Shown piece after piece: positions 1-9,575 of a DNA stretch of 64,000 nucleotides. Numbering within the stretch: position 1 is the stretch's first letter; the number at the start of each line of letters is the position of its first letter. This DNA is from Thermoproteota archaeon. Its GTDB lineage: Archaea > Korarchaeota > Korarchaeia > Korarchaeales > Korarchaeaceae. The stretch lies in NCBI GenBank assembly GCA_027491915.1, contig JAOZGC010000002.1:576001-640000 (forward strand), written 5' to 3'. The notes beneath the pieces were generated by a model, which ran no database searches, had not been told where the DNA came from, and saw nothing but the letters and a program-made list of their open reading frames with translations. Both the position numbers and the translations under genes were made by a program.

Positions 1-38
1 AGGTACCGGCAGCCGAAGTCCGGTCGGAGGTAGTCCGG

Positions 39-494
39 ATGACCTACAGGCTACCCAGGACCGTCAGGATCCTGCTCGAGGATTACAGGGCCAGGCTCAG
101 CGAGTGCGAGTCCCGGGCCTCCGAGCTCGCGGAGAGGGTCGCCGAGCTGGAGGCCAGGCTGAGGGACCTGGAGGCGGCGGCCTCCCCGGGGGGCGAGCCC
201 GGCCCGGCGGACCGGGGGGCGGACCTGGTCCGGGACCGAGACCAGGACCGGGACCTGGAGGTGGAGAGGCTCAGGGCCAGGGTCGAGGAGCTGACCAGGA
301 GGCTGGAGGAGCTGGAGTCCCTGGACATGGGCAAGTTGGAGGAGGATCTGCTGAGGCACCTGGCCGCCTCTGGGGGATGGTTCGACCTGCAGAAGGCCAG
401 CGAGGAGCTTGGAGTCTCGCCCAGGGCCGTCATGGCCGCCGCCAGGTCCCTGGCCTCCAAGGGGGCCCTGATCCTGGTGGAGAGGGAGGGCTGA
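39..494 (+). CDS. Coiled-coil protein with C-terminal winged helix-turn-helix
   Basis: Heptad-rich N-terminal two thirds; C-terminus LLRHLAASGGWFDLQKASEELGVSPRAVMAAARSLASKG has a wHTH pattern; stop overlaps the next ATG (TGATG). Confidence 0.7.
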   Translation: MTYRLPRTVRILLEDYRARLSECESRASELAERVAELEARLRDLEAAASPGGEPGPADRGADLVRDRDQDRDLEVERLRARVEELTRRLEELESLDMGKLEEDLLRHLAASGGWFDLQKASEELGVSPRAVMAAARSLASKGALILVEREG

Positions 495-1810
495 TGGACC
501 CGCCGGGGGACCCGCGCGAGTTCGTGAGGAGGCTGCCCCTGATGGCCGGCTGCCCCCCCAGGGTGAGGGCCGGGCTGCTGGCGGAGATGGGGGAAGAGAG
601 GGCCGCCCCCTCCTCGGGCCACGCCCTGCCCCCGGAGGTCGTGCTGACCCCCATGGCCTACTTCCTCTACGAGTTCCTGAAGGAGGCCGCCAGGGTGATC
701 CAGGAGGAGGCCGGGGAGAGCCTGGGCGGCGCCCTGGGGAGGAGGGCCTTCGAGAGGGTGCGCAGGAGGCTGGCGGGCAGGGTGCCCCGGGGGGCGATGC
801 CCACCCAGGAGGAGGCGGTCCAGATAGCCGCCCTCTACCTGAGGCCCGCCTCCGTACCTCCCCCTCCCTCCCCCTCGGCCAGGAGGGTCAGGACCTCGGA
901 CGACCTGGCATCCGGCAGGTGGGCCGTCAGGGTTTTCCGGCCGGGCACCGTCGAGGCGGCCGCGGCCAGGCTCCTGCTGCTGTCCAGGGTGTCCGGCCTC
1001 TCCCGCCGGGAGCTGGGGGAGCTCTCCTCCCTGATCCTGGGGCTGGCCCGGGAGAGGCTGGGCGTGGACCCCGGGGACTACCCGGTCTCCTTCGACCGCC
1101 TCGCCCCCGCGGCCTCCGCCCACCCGTCCGGCGGGGCGGTGATCCCCTACGACCCGGATTCGGCCATCCCGGACGCCGGGAGGCTCGCGGCCCACCTGGC
1201 GCACGAGGCGGCGGGCCACGGCTTCTTCTACAGGAAGACCGCGGCCGGCCGGATCCTGTCCAGGCTCGCCGCGGCCGAGGCCTCCGCCTCCGGGGTGGAG
1301 GCCGCCGAGGCCTCCGACAGGCTCAGGATCTTCGGGTGGACCACCGTGGTGGTGGACGAGGGGTTCGCCCTCTGGGTCGAGCTGGCCGTCCTCAGGGAGC
1401 TGAGGCCGGTGCTGGGGGAGGCCATCCTCGAGGAGGAGATGATGAGGTACCTCCTGCCCGACTCCGATCCCTACGGTCGGACCGACTCGGAGTACTTCGA
1501 GCGGGTCTACGGGAGGGCCGTCAACCCCTACAAGGAGGGGTACTCGGCCCTCTTCGACCTGGAGAGGATCTGGGGGAGGAGGTGCGCCGTGGAGGCCGTC
1601 AGGGTGGCGGCCGGGATCGCGGACTACGGGCCCGAGGGCAGGGGGGTGGCCGATCTGAGGGAGCTGGTGTCTTCCCACCCGGAGTTCTGCCCGGATCAGA
1701 GGCTGATGGCCGTCAGGGCCGCGGCCCTGGACGACCCCGGGGCCGCCAGGCCCAACGGCCCGGGCGCCTTCAGGGAATTCGCCCGGCGGGCCCTGTCCCG
1801 CCTGGGGTAG
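494..1810 (+). CDS. Putative zincin-like metallopeptidase (HExxGH ... EGFA)
   Basis: Start reassigned to ATG 494 inside ORF 104..1810; motifs AHEAAGHGFF and VDEGFALWVE. Confidence 0.6.
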   Translation: MDPPGDPREFVRRLPLMAGCPPRVRAGLLAEMGEERAAPSSGHALPPEVVLTPMAYFLYEFLKEAARVIQEEAGESLGGALGRRAFERVRRRLAGRVPRGAMPTQEEAVQIAALYLRPASVPPPPSPSARRVRTSDDLASGRWAVRVFRPGTVEAAAARLLLLSRVSGLSRRELGELSSLILGLARERLGVDPGDYPVSFDRLAPAASAHPSGGAVIPYDPDSAIPDAGRLAAHLAHEAAGHGFFYRKTAAGRILSRLAAAEASASGVEAAEASDRLRIFGWTTVVVDEGFALWVELAVLRELRPVLGEAILEEEMMRYLLPDSDPYGRTDSEYFERVYGRAVNPYKEGYSALFDLERIWGRRCAVEAVRVAAGIADYGPEGRGVADLRELVSSHPEFCPDQRLMAVRAAALDDPGAARPNGPGAFREFARRALSRLG

Positions 1811-1863
1811 GTCCTCCGGCCCCAGGGCGGCAACTATATTTACCGGGGACGCGGGAGATCTGT

Positions 1864-3252
1864 GTGGCGGGTTCCGGCTCTATAGGAGAGGATGATAGAC
1901 TGCCCGATTTCCTGAGGGAATTCTTCGGCCTCCCCTGGACCAAGGTGGCCGTGATAAGGGGGGGACCCGGAACCGGGAAGACCGCCCTGGCCCTGACCAT
2001 CTCGGAGTGGCTGGTCGAGACCGGCCGTGAGGTGATATACTCCAGCTCCGACGTGTCGGAGGAGAGGCTGGCGGGCCAGTTCCCATGGATACGGGACCTC
2101 CTCGGATCCGGCCTCTCGGTGAGGGCGGGGCCGGTCCGGGCCAGGGAGCCGCGCCACCTTCCACTGATATTCTACGAACACGTCGAGGAGGCCCCGGACG
2201 CCATAGTCATAGACTCCTGGAACTCCTTCACCTACGAGCTGGACGAGAGGGACGCCCTCAGGGCCGCCAGGTCGGTCAGCGAGATGACCAGGAAGTACGG
2301 CGGGAAGGTCGTGCTCATAGAGGAGGGGGACGGCTGGTCCCCCCTGGACTACGTGGCGGACGTCCTGATCGGGCTGGACAGGACCCTCCTGGGCGGGAGG
2401 GTGATGCGGAAGGTGACCCTGGAGAAGGTCAGGGGGCTCGGGGTCTCCTGGGCCAGATCCCCCTTCACCCTGGCCGGGGGGAGGTTCAGGATCCTGAGGC
2501 CCCGGAGCTTCTCCCCGCCCCCCAGGGGGGAGAGGGAGCCCTTCCCCCCGGCCGACCTATCCCGGGATCGCCTGCCGCCCGGGGTCGCCGGGATGGACGA
2601 GATCCTGGGGGGAGGGTGGAGGAGGGGGACGGTCAACCTGATCAAGCTCGGGCCCGGGGCCGGGGTGGCCTACATGCCCCTGCTGGCCAACCCCATAATG
2701 GCCTTCCTCAACGGGGGAGGGGCGTACGTGAGCATCCTCTCTGGCAGGTTCAGCCCAGAGTCGGTGGTGGACGTCCTCCTGGGCGGGTACGTGCCCGACG
2801 TGGAGGACAGGGTGGCCTTCGCCTTCCCGGGGAGGTACCGCTACTCCGGCCGCCTGAGGGTGCTCTCCCCCGAGGGCGAGAGCGCCGAGGAGTTCCTCAT
2901 AGTCCTGGACGAGGCCGAGGAGGCGATGAGGGCCAGGTCCGGCGACGGGAGCATAATCTGGTTCGTGGGGCTGGACAGCCTCGAGTGGTCCCTGGGCATG
3001 GAGGGGGCCCTGAGGGCCTTCCGCGCGATATCCATCAAGACCAGGACCAGGGGGGACCTGTGCTTCGCGGTCTCCAGGGAGGACCAGCTCCTGCCCGGGT
3101 ACGTGGCCGACTCGGCCGACACCCTCTGGGAGATCTCGTCGGAGGAGGGGGTCCCCATACTCTACGGCCTCAACCCCCACACCGGGGCCTTCGGCGTGGA
3201 GGCGGACTACTCCGGCCCGCTGCCCAGGGCCGAGGTGATCCCCATACTCTGA
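1864..3252 (+). CDS. RAD55/KaiC-family (GvpD-like) two-domain P-loop ATPase
   Basis: Walker A GGPGTGKT, Walker B IVIDS, DYVADVLI and LEKVRG motifs; second RecA-like domain (GMDEILGGG) with degenerate P-loop; GTG start after the TATA-like TATATTTA. Confidence 0.75.
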   Translation: MAGSGSIGEDDRLPDFLREFFGLPWTKVAVIRGGPGTGKTALALTISEWLVETGREVIYSSSDVSEERLAGQFPWIRDLLGSGLSVRAGPVRAREPRHLPLIFYEHVEEAPDAIVIDSWNSFTYELDERDALRAARSVSEMTRKYGGKVVLIEEGDGWSPLDYVADVLIGLDRTLLGGRVMRKVTLEKVRGLGVSWARSPFTLAGGRFRILRPRSFSPPPRGEREPFPPADLSRDRLPPGVAGMDEILGGGWRRGTVNLIKLGPGAGVAYMPLLANPIMAFLNGGGAYVSILSGRFSPESVVDVLLGGYVPDVEDRVAFAFPGRYRYSGRLRVLSPEGESAEEFLIVLDEAEEAMRARSGDGSIIWFVGLDSLEWSLGMEGALRAFRAISIKTRTRGDLCFAVSREDQLLPGYVADSADTLWEISSEEGVPILYGLNPHTGAFGVEADYSGPLPRAEVIPIL

Positions 3253-4443
3253 TCACCGGAGGAACCTCTCCCGGGCCTCCGCCGCCAGCCTCCTGCCCAA
3301 CTCCCCGGCCTCCGCCAGCTCCCCCTCCGAGGGGGATCCCCTCACCTCCAGGGAGGCCACCACCGGCAGGCCCGCCGACTCCAGCCTCTCCCTGGCCACC
3401 CTGACCCCGCCGCCGGCCCAGCCGTGGACCCCGACCACGGCGGCCACCTTGTTCTTGGGCCTGTACTCCTCCAGCAGGTCCAGGTAGAAGGTTATCCCCA
3501 GGAAGGGGCGCCCGTTGTGGGTGCTGGTGGCGATCAGCAGGGCCGCGGCGTCCAGGGTCTCGGCCAGGAGGTCGTCCGGATCCCAGGAGGCCGAGTCCGC
3601 GACCGTGACCTCCAGCCCTCCCTCGGCCAGGCCCCCCGCGGCCGCCCGGGCCAGGGCCTCGGTCCTCCCGTACTGGCTGCCAACCACCACCAGGGCCCGG
3701 GCCAGGGGCCTCCAGGAGGCCCACCTCTCGTAGAGGTCCAGGATCTCCCCCACCTCCCTGTGGAGGGCCCCGTGGGACGGGGCCAGGATCCGGGGCCCCA
3801 GCTCCCTGACCCTGGAGACAGCCCGGCCCACCATAGCCGGGTATATGCCGAGTATCGACGCGTAGTAGTCCCTAAGCTCGAAGGACTCGGGATCCTCGTC
3901 GTAGAACTCCGCCTCGGACGCCCCGTGGGACCCGAAGAGGTCGCACGTGAACAGGACTCCCTCCTCCGGCAGGTGGGTCATCATGGTCTCCGGCCAGTGG
4001 ACGAAGGGGGCCGCGACGAACCTGAGGGTCCTCCCGCCCAGGTCCACCGAGTCCCCGTCCCCCACCTCCCTGAACCTGCCGGAGGGGAGACCCGCCAGCT
4101 TCTCCCCTATCTCCAGCGCCCTCTTGGTCCCCAGCAGGGCGGCCCCGGGGGCCCTCTCCAGGACCCTGGCCAGGGTCCCCGAGTGGTCCGGCTCCACGTG
4201 CTGCGCGACCACGTGGGTTATCTCCGCCGGGTCGACCTCGGACTCCAGAGCATCCCAGAACGGGTCCGAGACCCTCTCGTCGGCTCCGTCTATCAGGGCC
4301 GTTCCCTCGGATCCCCTCACCAGGTAGAAGTTGTAGGAGGTCCCCCTGGGGATCGGCCAGAAGTTCTCAAACCTCTCGAAGGCGTCGTTCAGTATCCTGA
4401 ACGCGGTGATCCCCGGGGCCAGCTCGAACTTGACGTACCTCAA
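3253..4443 (-). CDS. fprA: Flavodiiron protein (FprA family, O2/NO reductase)
   Basis: GTSYNFYL, HVEPDH, VHWPET, TCDLFG and APSHG diiron motifs plus C-terminal flavodoxin domain; probable TTG start at 4443. Confidence 0.92.
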   Translation of the reverse strand: MRYVKFELAPGITAFRILNDAFERFENFWPIPRGTSYNFYLVRGSEGTALIDGADERVSDPFWDALESEVDPAEITHVVAQHVEPDHSGTLARVLERAPGAALLGTKRALEIGEKLAGLPSGRFREVGDGDSVDLGGRTLRFVAAPFVHWPETMMTHLPEEGVLFTCDLFGSHGASEAEFYDEDPESFELRDYYASILGIYPAMVGRAVSRVRELGPRILAPSHGALHREVGEILDLYERWASWRPLARALVVVGSQYGRTEALARAAAGGLAEGGLEVTVADSASWDPDDLLAETLDAAALLIATSTHNGRPFLGITFYLDLLEEYRPKNKVAAVVGVHGWAGGGVRVARERLESAGLPVVASLEVRGSPSEGELAEAGELGRRLAAEARERFLR

Positions 4444-4505
4444 CCCGCCGCACCCCGGCCCGCCTCCGGAAAACCTCAAAAAGTTCTCCCTCGCGGACCG
4501 GCGGG

Positions 4506-5195
4506 TTGATCGTCCGGGGCACGCTGAGGTTCGGCCGGTTCAGGGAGAGGCTCAACAGGTTCGCGGTCTCGCTGGACGACCTCTCGGGCCGCAGGAGGAG
4601 GTGCCACCTCAGGGACCCTGGGAGGCTGTCCGAGCTCCTGCTGCCGGGCGCCGGGATCCTCTTCCTGGAGAGGAGGTCCCCGGGCAGGTCCACCGACTGC
4701 GAGGTCCTGGCCGTCTGGGACGGGGTCCTCTGGACGGTGGTGAACTCCGGCCTCCACTCGGGCCTGGCCGAGGAGCTGATATCATCCGGGAGGGCGCGGC
4801 CCATACCGGCGGCCCCCCTGAGGAGAGAGGTCAGGTTCCGGGACAGCCGCCTGGATTTCCTTGTGTCCTCCGACCCGCCGTGGCTCGTGGAGGTGAAGGG
4901 CTGCACCCTGGTCAGGGACGGGCTGGCCCTCTTCCCGGACGCGCCGACCGAGAGGGGGACCAGGCACGTCTCGGCCCTGGAGGCCGCCCTGGGGGAGGGC
5001 TACCGGGCGGCCGTCCTCTTCCTGGTGATGAGGCCCGACGCCCGGGCCCTGGTCCCGAACCGGGAGGCCGACCCGAGGTTCGCCGAGGCCCTGATCTCGG
5101 CGGCCGACGCCGGGGTGGAGACCCTGGCCCACACCTTCAGGCTCTCCGGGAGGGTCGTGGAGCCCGTCGAGCCCATACCCGTGCTGCTGGGGTGA
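4506..5195 (+). CDS. sfsA: SfsA-family DNA/RNA nuclease
   Basis: RLNRF, HLRDPGRLSELL, SRLDF, VEVKGCTL, FPDAPTERGTRH and DPRFAEAL motifs. Confidence 0.93.
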   Translation: MIVRGTLRFGRFRERLNRFAVSLDDLSGRRRRCHLRDPGRLSELLLPGAGILFLERRSPGRSTDCEVLAVWDGVLWTVVNSGLHSGLAEELISSGRARPIPAAPLRREVRFRDSRLDFLVSSDPPWLVEVKGCTLVRDGLALFPDAPTERGTRHVSALEAALGEGYRAAVLFLVMRPDARALVPNREADPRFAEALISAADAGVETLAHTFRLSGRVVEPVEPIPVLLG

Positions 5196-5280
5196 GCCCG
5201 CGCCAGCCCCGAGTGGCCGCGCCTCGGGATCCGGGCCCGAGACCGTCCCCCTTTAAAATACCACGATCCCCGGGGAACCC

Positions 5281-5577
5281 GTGGGCGTCTCCTACCTGGT
5301 CGACCTCTCCGCCGGGCGCGACTGGCTGGACCTGGTCTCCGAGTTCCGCAGGGAGCTGGAGTCCAGGCTCGGCCCCAGGCTCAGGAGGGTGGTCGCCAGG
5401 GGATCCCCGGACGACCTGGTCTACGACAGCAACGTCTTCGTCTTCGTGGACAGGGTGGACGGGGACGTCCTCAGGGCCGTCGCGGCCGCTGCCCTTGAGG
5501 TCCAGGAGAGGCTCGGGGCCGAGGGCCTGAACCCCATGACCGTGGAGGAGGGGGAGGTTGAGCCTCGACAAGGCTAG
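5281..5577 (+). CDS. Small degenerate MNT-like protein, partner of the HEPN gene
   Basis: 98 aa with MNT-like layout (LGPRLRRVVARGS...DSNVFVFVD) but no DxD; overlaps the HEPN gene. Confidence 0.55.
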   Translation: MGVSYLVDLSAGRDWLDLVSEFRRELESRLGPRLRRVVARGSPDDLVYDSNVFVFVDRVDGDVLRAVAAAALEVQERLGAEGLNPMTVEEGEVEPRQG

Positions 5578-5935
5578 GCTCCTCCTGATCCAGGCCGAGA
5601 GGGACCTGGAGATCGGGTGCTTCGACAAGGCCGCCAGCGCGGCCTACATGGCGGCCAGGATGGCCGCCGAGGTCCTCCTCAGGTCCCTGGGTCAGAGGGG
5701 GATCCCGAGGAGGGACGACAAGCTGGCGAGGGCCGTCGCCAACCTTGGGATGAGGCCCGAGGCGGAGGAGCTGATGAGGCTCTACGAGGTCAGGAAGAGG
5801 GCCGACTACTCCAGATACCCCGTGGACGCGGCCTCCGCGTCGGACTGCGTCCGCGCGGCCGGGCGCCTGGTGGAATCCTTCGTCTCCAGGGTGACCCGGG
5901 GCGCCGGCGGTCGACCGGGGGGCGGGAGAACCTGA
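5558..5935 (+). CDS. HEPN domain protein
   Basis: AERDLEIGCFDKAASAAYMAA and LYEVRKRADY match the HEPN RxxADY class. Confidence 0.8.
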   Translation: MSLDKARLLLIQAERDLEIGCFDKAASAAYMAARMAAEVLLRSLGQRGIPRRDDKLARAVANLGMRPEAEELMRLYEVRKRADYSRYPVDAASASDCVRAAGRLVESFVSRVTRGAGGRPGGGRT

Positions 5936-6211
5936 TCGGGCGGATTCCCCTCGGCCAGCCCTCGGCCCGCATCTGGGGGGTCAGCCCGACCCCTCCTCTC
6001 CCCCCTCGGCCCATTCCCCACCCCTGGGGGTCACGGGGTCCCGGAAGCCTCCGCCCCTGATCCGGAGGTCCCCGTCGGCCAGAGGGGGACCACCTGCTCC
6101 CCGACGTGGGCCTCGACGGCCTCGGACCGCACGCGGCCGTGCTGCGTCCCCCACCTGATGGAGACGCACGCGGCCGACAGCGGGTGGCGCCTGAGGGGAT
6201 CAGGAGGGGAT

Positions 6212-6260
6212 CAGAAAGAGAAGGGGGAAGAAGATAAGGGAAGGGAAGGGAAGGAAGGGG
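6212..6260 (-). terminator. Pyrimidine-rich tract downstream of cydA', possible archaeal terminator
   Basis: About 50 nt of nearly pure purine on +, so C/U-rich on the minus transcript, shortly after the stop at 6288. Confidence 0.35.
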
Positions 6261-6287
6261 GCCGGGGGCGGTGCGGCGGCCGGCCGG

Positions 6288-7472
6288 TCAGCCCCCCTCC
6301 CCCTCGCCCTTCACCATGAAGTAGAAGAGGGCGGCCACGGCAGCCAGCAGCGGCACCAGCATGGCGGCGGTGATCCAGTAGAGCTCCGGCAGGTTGGCCA
6401 GGGAGTTCACGTTCTCCGCGGATATGGCCTGCACTATGGGCTCCGGCAGCGCCGCGGCCAGGTCCGGCCTGGCCACGAAGTAGGGGAGCTGGCTGAACAT
6501 GTTGAGGAGCTCCCCGGATACGACCGTTGCCAGGGCCGCCGGCCCAGCCACCTTGGCCCACCTGAGGGCCGACGGGTCCACCGCCCCGCCAGCCAGGAGG
6601 GGCCTCCTCAGCAGGTAGGCGGCGGCCGCCAGCTGGACGGCCACCAGCGCCATCTTGAGTATGAAGAGCCAGCTGTAGTCCGACTGGGCCGCCATCCCCA
6701 TCAGGGAACCGATCACGTTGGCGAACTTGAAGGGGGTCGTCCACCACAGTCCCGCCAGGTACCAGACGCCCAGCGGCACCATGATCACCACGGCGATGGC
6801 GCCGTACTTCGCCGCCGTCGAGGCCAGCTCCGCGTACCTCCTCCTGGCCTCCCCCTCCACCTCGGTCAGGCGCCAGGCGTAGGCAGACGCCAGGACCAGC
6901 GCGCCCACGGCCAGGCCGCCCACGACGCTCTTCAGGTACAGGGGGGCGAAGCTGGGGTTGGCGAGGGCCTCCGCCACGTCCAAGTAGGGCTTGGGCTCCA
7001 GGTGCAGTCCCTCTGGCGAGTTCAAGAAGGCGAAGACCGCCCTGAACCCCAGGGGGACGAGGAACCCCGTGAGGGCCATCGCGGCCCCTATGGCGGCGTG
7101 CAGCCCGGAGGATATCTTGTCCCACAGGTACCAGTAGCCCACTATGGAAAGGAACCTGAGGGCTATGGCCATTATGGCCAGCCCGAACGGCACCCAGGTC
7201 AGGTGCCCCGCCAGTCCTATGAACTGGGGGTAGAAGCTCAGGAGGGCCACCGTGAAGGCGGTGCCGAACACCCCGGCTATGGCGTAGGTCCCGGCGTAGT
7301 ACCTCATCAGGGTCTTGGACCTCTCGACCAGGAACCCGTCCCCCTTCTTCTCCCCGGTCCACTTCATCAGCGGTATGGCGGTGCTGAGCCCTATGTCCAG
7401 GTTGACCAGGGCTATGTGGACCCCGAAGACGAAGGGTATCAGGAACTCCACGGGCAGGGGTATGCCGGGCAT
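6288..7472 (-). CDS. cydA': Cytochrome bd-type oxidase subunit CydA' (short CydA paralogue)
   Basis: Polytopic; HIALVNLDIG, YAIAGVFGT and GELLNMFSQLPY resemble CydA helices; follows cydA in place of a cydB. Confidence 0.8.
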   Translation of the reverse strand: MPGIPLPVEFLIPFVFGVHIALVNLDIGLSTAIPLMKWTGEKKGDGFLVERSKTLMRYYAGTYAIAGVFGTAFTVALLSFYPQFIGLAGHLTWVPFGLAIMAIALRFLSIVGYWYLWDKISSGLHAAIGAAMALTGFLVPLGFRAVFAFLNSPEGLHLEPKPYLDVAEALANPSFAPLYLKSVVGGLAVGALVLASAYAWRLTEVEGEARRRYAELASTAAKYGAIAVVIMVPLGVWYLAGLWWTTPFKFANVIGSLMGMAAQSDYSWLFILKMALVAVQLAAAAYLLRRPLLAGGAVDPSALRWAKVAGPAALATVVSGELLNMFSQLPYFVARPDLAAALPEPIVQAISAENVNSLANLPELYWITAAMLVPLLAAVAALFYFMVKGEGEGG

Positions 7473-7476
7473 GCCA

Positions 7477-9069
7477 TCACCTCCTCCTCCACAGGAACAC
7501 GTAGACGGCGGCCAGCAGCAGGGCCAGCATCAGGGCCAGGTAGAGGGCCACGGCCGCCAGCTGCCAGGCGGGCGGCGGGTTTATCGTCAGCTCCGTCTGG
7601 ACGTCCATTATCCCGTAGATGGCCCAGGGCTTCCTCCCGAGCTCCCTGGTTCCCCACCCGAGGAAGCTCGTCACGTGGGCTATAGCCGGGGAGATCGCGG
7701 TCAGCCAGAGGATCCAATTGGCCTTCGAGCCGCGCCACGCCGAGATCGCCAGGAGCAGTCCTATCAGCCCCAGCAGGACGCCCAGGCCTATCTTCACGTA
7801 GTACATGTAGTGGACCAGCAGGGGTGGCCTGTAGTCCGGGTCTATGTCGTCGTAGTTGGGTATCTTGGCGTCCGGGCTCCCGTACGACAGGGCGGGCATC
7901 ACGCCCCTGATCAGGCCGCCGAGCCCCAGGGAGTCGGGCAGGCTGACTATTTGGGAGCTGGTTCCCTCCATGGCCGCGAACTTCTCCGGGTTGTGCTTGG
8001 CGACGGCGGATCCCATGGCGTGGCCCAGGGCGGTCCCCTGCAGGGCGATGGCCACCAGCGCGAACGTCGACGCGAACTTGAGGGCCTTCCTGAAGTACTC
8101 GGAGTCGGGATCCTCGGCGGAGGACCTCAGGATCCTCAGGGCGTAGGCCCCGGCCACCGTGAAGGAGGACACGGTGACGGCCGCGCCGAGGGCGTGCATC
8201 AGGGTCGCCAGGTATCCCCCGGACATGAAGGTTATCTGGAAGATCCCGGCCCTCTCGATGGTGTGGGCAACTATCTGGTCGAGGACGGCCTTGAGCGGGA
8301 CCGATCCTATGGCCTGGGCGGCCTCGGGGGTGGCCACGGCCGCCAGGGTGCTCTCCGCCACGGTCTTGCCCGAGAAGGCCTCGGCCATCAGGGTCCTCAC
8401 CAGGCCGGACGGTATGGCCACGGTGACGTCCCCTGCCCCGGAGCCCAGGATCCTGATGCCGACGGCCGACAGCTTGTTGGGATCGAGGGCCTGGGCTATC
8501 TGGGTTGGGACGTAGAGCAGGACGTCTGGGGGGGCCCAGGACCCGGTGGACGGGTCGTAGTTGGCCACGACGTTGGCCGGCGACTGCATGAAGGAGTTGA
8601 CGCTCAGGATCATGGAGGCCGAGTACCAGGCGCCCGCCATGGCCAGCAGCCCGACGACCAGGTGGACCTTGGGGGACATCCTCCGCTCCGCGTAGTAGTA
8701 GAGGTAGATGAAGGCCCCCTCCATTATGAAGGCGAAGATCTCCATGTAGAGGGGGAAGTAGATGTACCTGCCCGCGGCCTCGGTCAGGTTCGGCCACAGC
8801 AGCACCAGGCCGAACTCTGAGGCGGTCCCGGTGGCGGCGCCGACGGCGAAGACGGCCACGAATCCCTTGGCCAGGGTTCTGGAGAGCCTCTTCCAGTCTT
8901 CATCCCCGCTCCTCAGCCACAGGGCCTCGGCGACCACGGCCAGCAGCGGGAGGCCCAGGACGTACTGCAGGATGAACCAGTGGACCTCTATCCCGACCAT
9001 GGAGAGGAGCCTCTCGCCGCCGGCCGGGTACCCGGCCAGCCACTGGGAGATCAGATCCAGACCCGGCAA
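7477..9069 (-). CDS. cydA: Cytochrome bd ubiquinol oxidase subunit I
   Basis: EVHW, FAVGAATGTASEF, MEIFAFIME, NSFMQSP, PEKFAAMEG and GWGTRELGRKPW. Confidence 0.92.
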   Translation of the reverse strand: MPGLDLISQWLAGYPAGGERLLSMVGIEVHWFILQYVLGLPLLAVVAEALWLRSGDEDWKRLSRTLAKGFVAVFAVGAATGTASEFGLVLLWPNLTEAAGRYIYFPLYMEIFAFIMEGAFIYLYYYAERRMSPKVHLVVGLLAMAGAWYSASMILSVNSFMQSPANVVANYDPSTGSWAPPDVLLYVPTQIAQALDPNKLSAVGIRILGSGAGDVTVAIPSGLVRTLMAEAFSGKTVAESTLAAVATPEAAQAIGSVPLKAVLDQIVAHTIERAGIFQITFMSGGYLATLMHALGAAVTVSSFTVAGAYALRILRSSAEDPDSEYFRKALKFASTFALVAIALQGTALGHAMGSAVAKHNPEKFAAMEGTSSQIVSLPDSLGLGGLIRGVMPALSYGSPDAKIPNYDDIDPDYRPPLLVHYMYYVKIGLGVLLGLIGLLLAISAWRGSKANWILWLTAISPAIAHVTSFLGWGTRELGRKPWAIYGIMDVQTELTINPPPAWQLAAVALYLALMLALLLAAVYVFLWRRR

Positions 9070-9130
9070 TTTAGGTCTTCGCCCCGACTTCCGGAACTAA
9101 ACTTAAATCTCTCGTTCGGGGATCGAACCT

Positions 9131-9505
9131 ATGCCCGGACCGGGAGGACGGGCGCGCCGCGGGTCCCCCGGCTTCGGTGGGGGGTCACGGCCGGGGACGT
9201 TCCCGATCGATGCGATCCTCAGGGCCGTGGAGAGGTTCAACTCGCTCAGGAGCCCGGAGGCCACGGCCTGGTTGGTCGGGGTTGGCGGGGAGGGGAGGGT
9301 GCTGGTCAGGGTGAGCGGCCCCTTCTGCGCCTCCTGCGGCCTCTACGACTACTTCGACGACCTGGCCCTGGAGATAGAGGACATGCTCGGCGAGGAGGTG
9401 AGGCCCGAGTCGGTCGAGGAGGAGGGGGGCGACTCCTTCCTGGTGACCCTCTCGATAGGCCGCCGGGGTCGGGACCGGGCCGGGGGCGGGGAGGGAGAAG
9501 GGTAG
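9131..9505 (+). CDS. Small hypothetical protein with CxxC (GPFCASCGLYDYFDD)
   Basis: Coding-like composition; divergent from cydA; start uncertain. Confidence 0.6.
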   Translation: MPGPGGRARRGSPGFGGGSRPGTFPIDAILRAVERFNSLRSPEATAWLVGVGGEGRVLVRVSGPFCASCGLYDYFDDLALEIEDMLGEEVRPESVEEEGGDSFLVTLSIGRRGRDRAGGGEGEG

Positions 9506-9575
9506 CTGACCAGCAGGCGCAGGCGCAGGCGACCAACCGGCGTCCTCTCGGGGCCCCGCGCCCCCGAACCGATCT

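Noticed and set aside
1864-3252. Gas vesicle or circadian clock function
   Set aside because: No gvpA or kaiB genes in the window; GvpD/KaiC-like ATPases are common archaeal regulators
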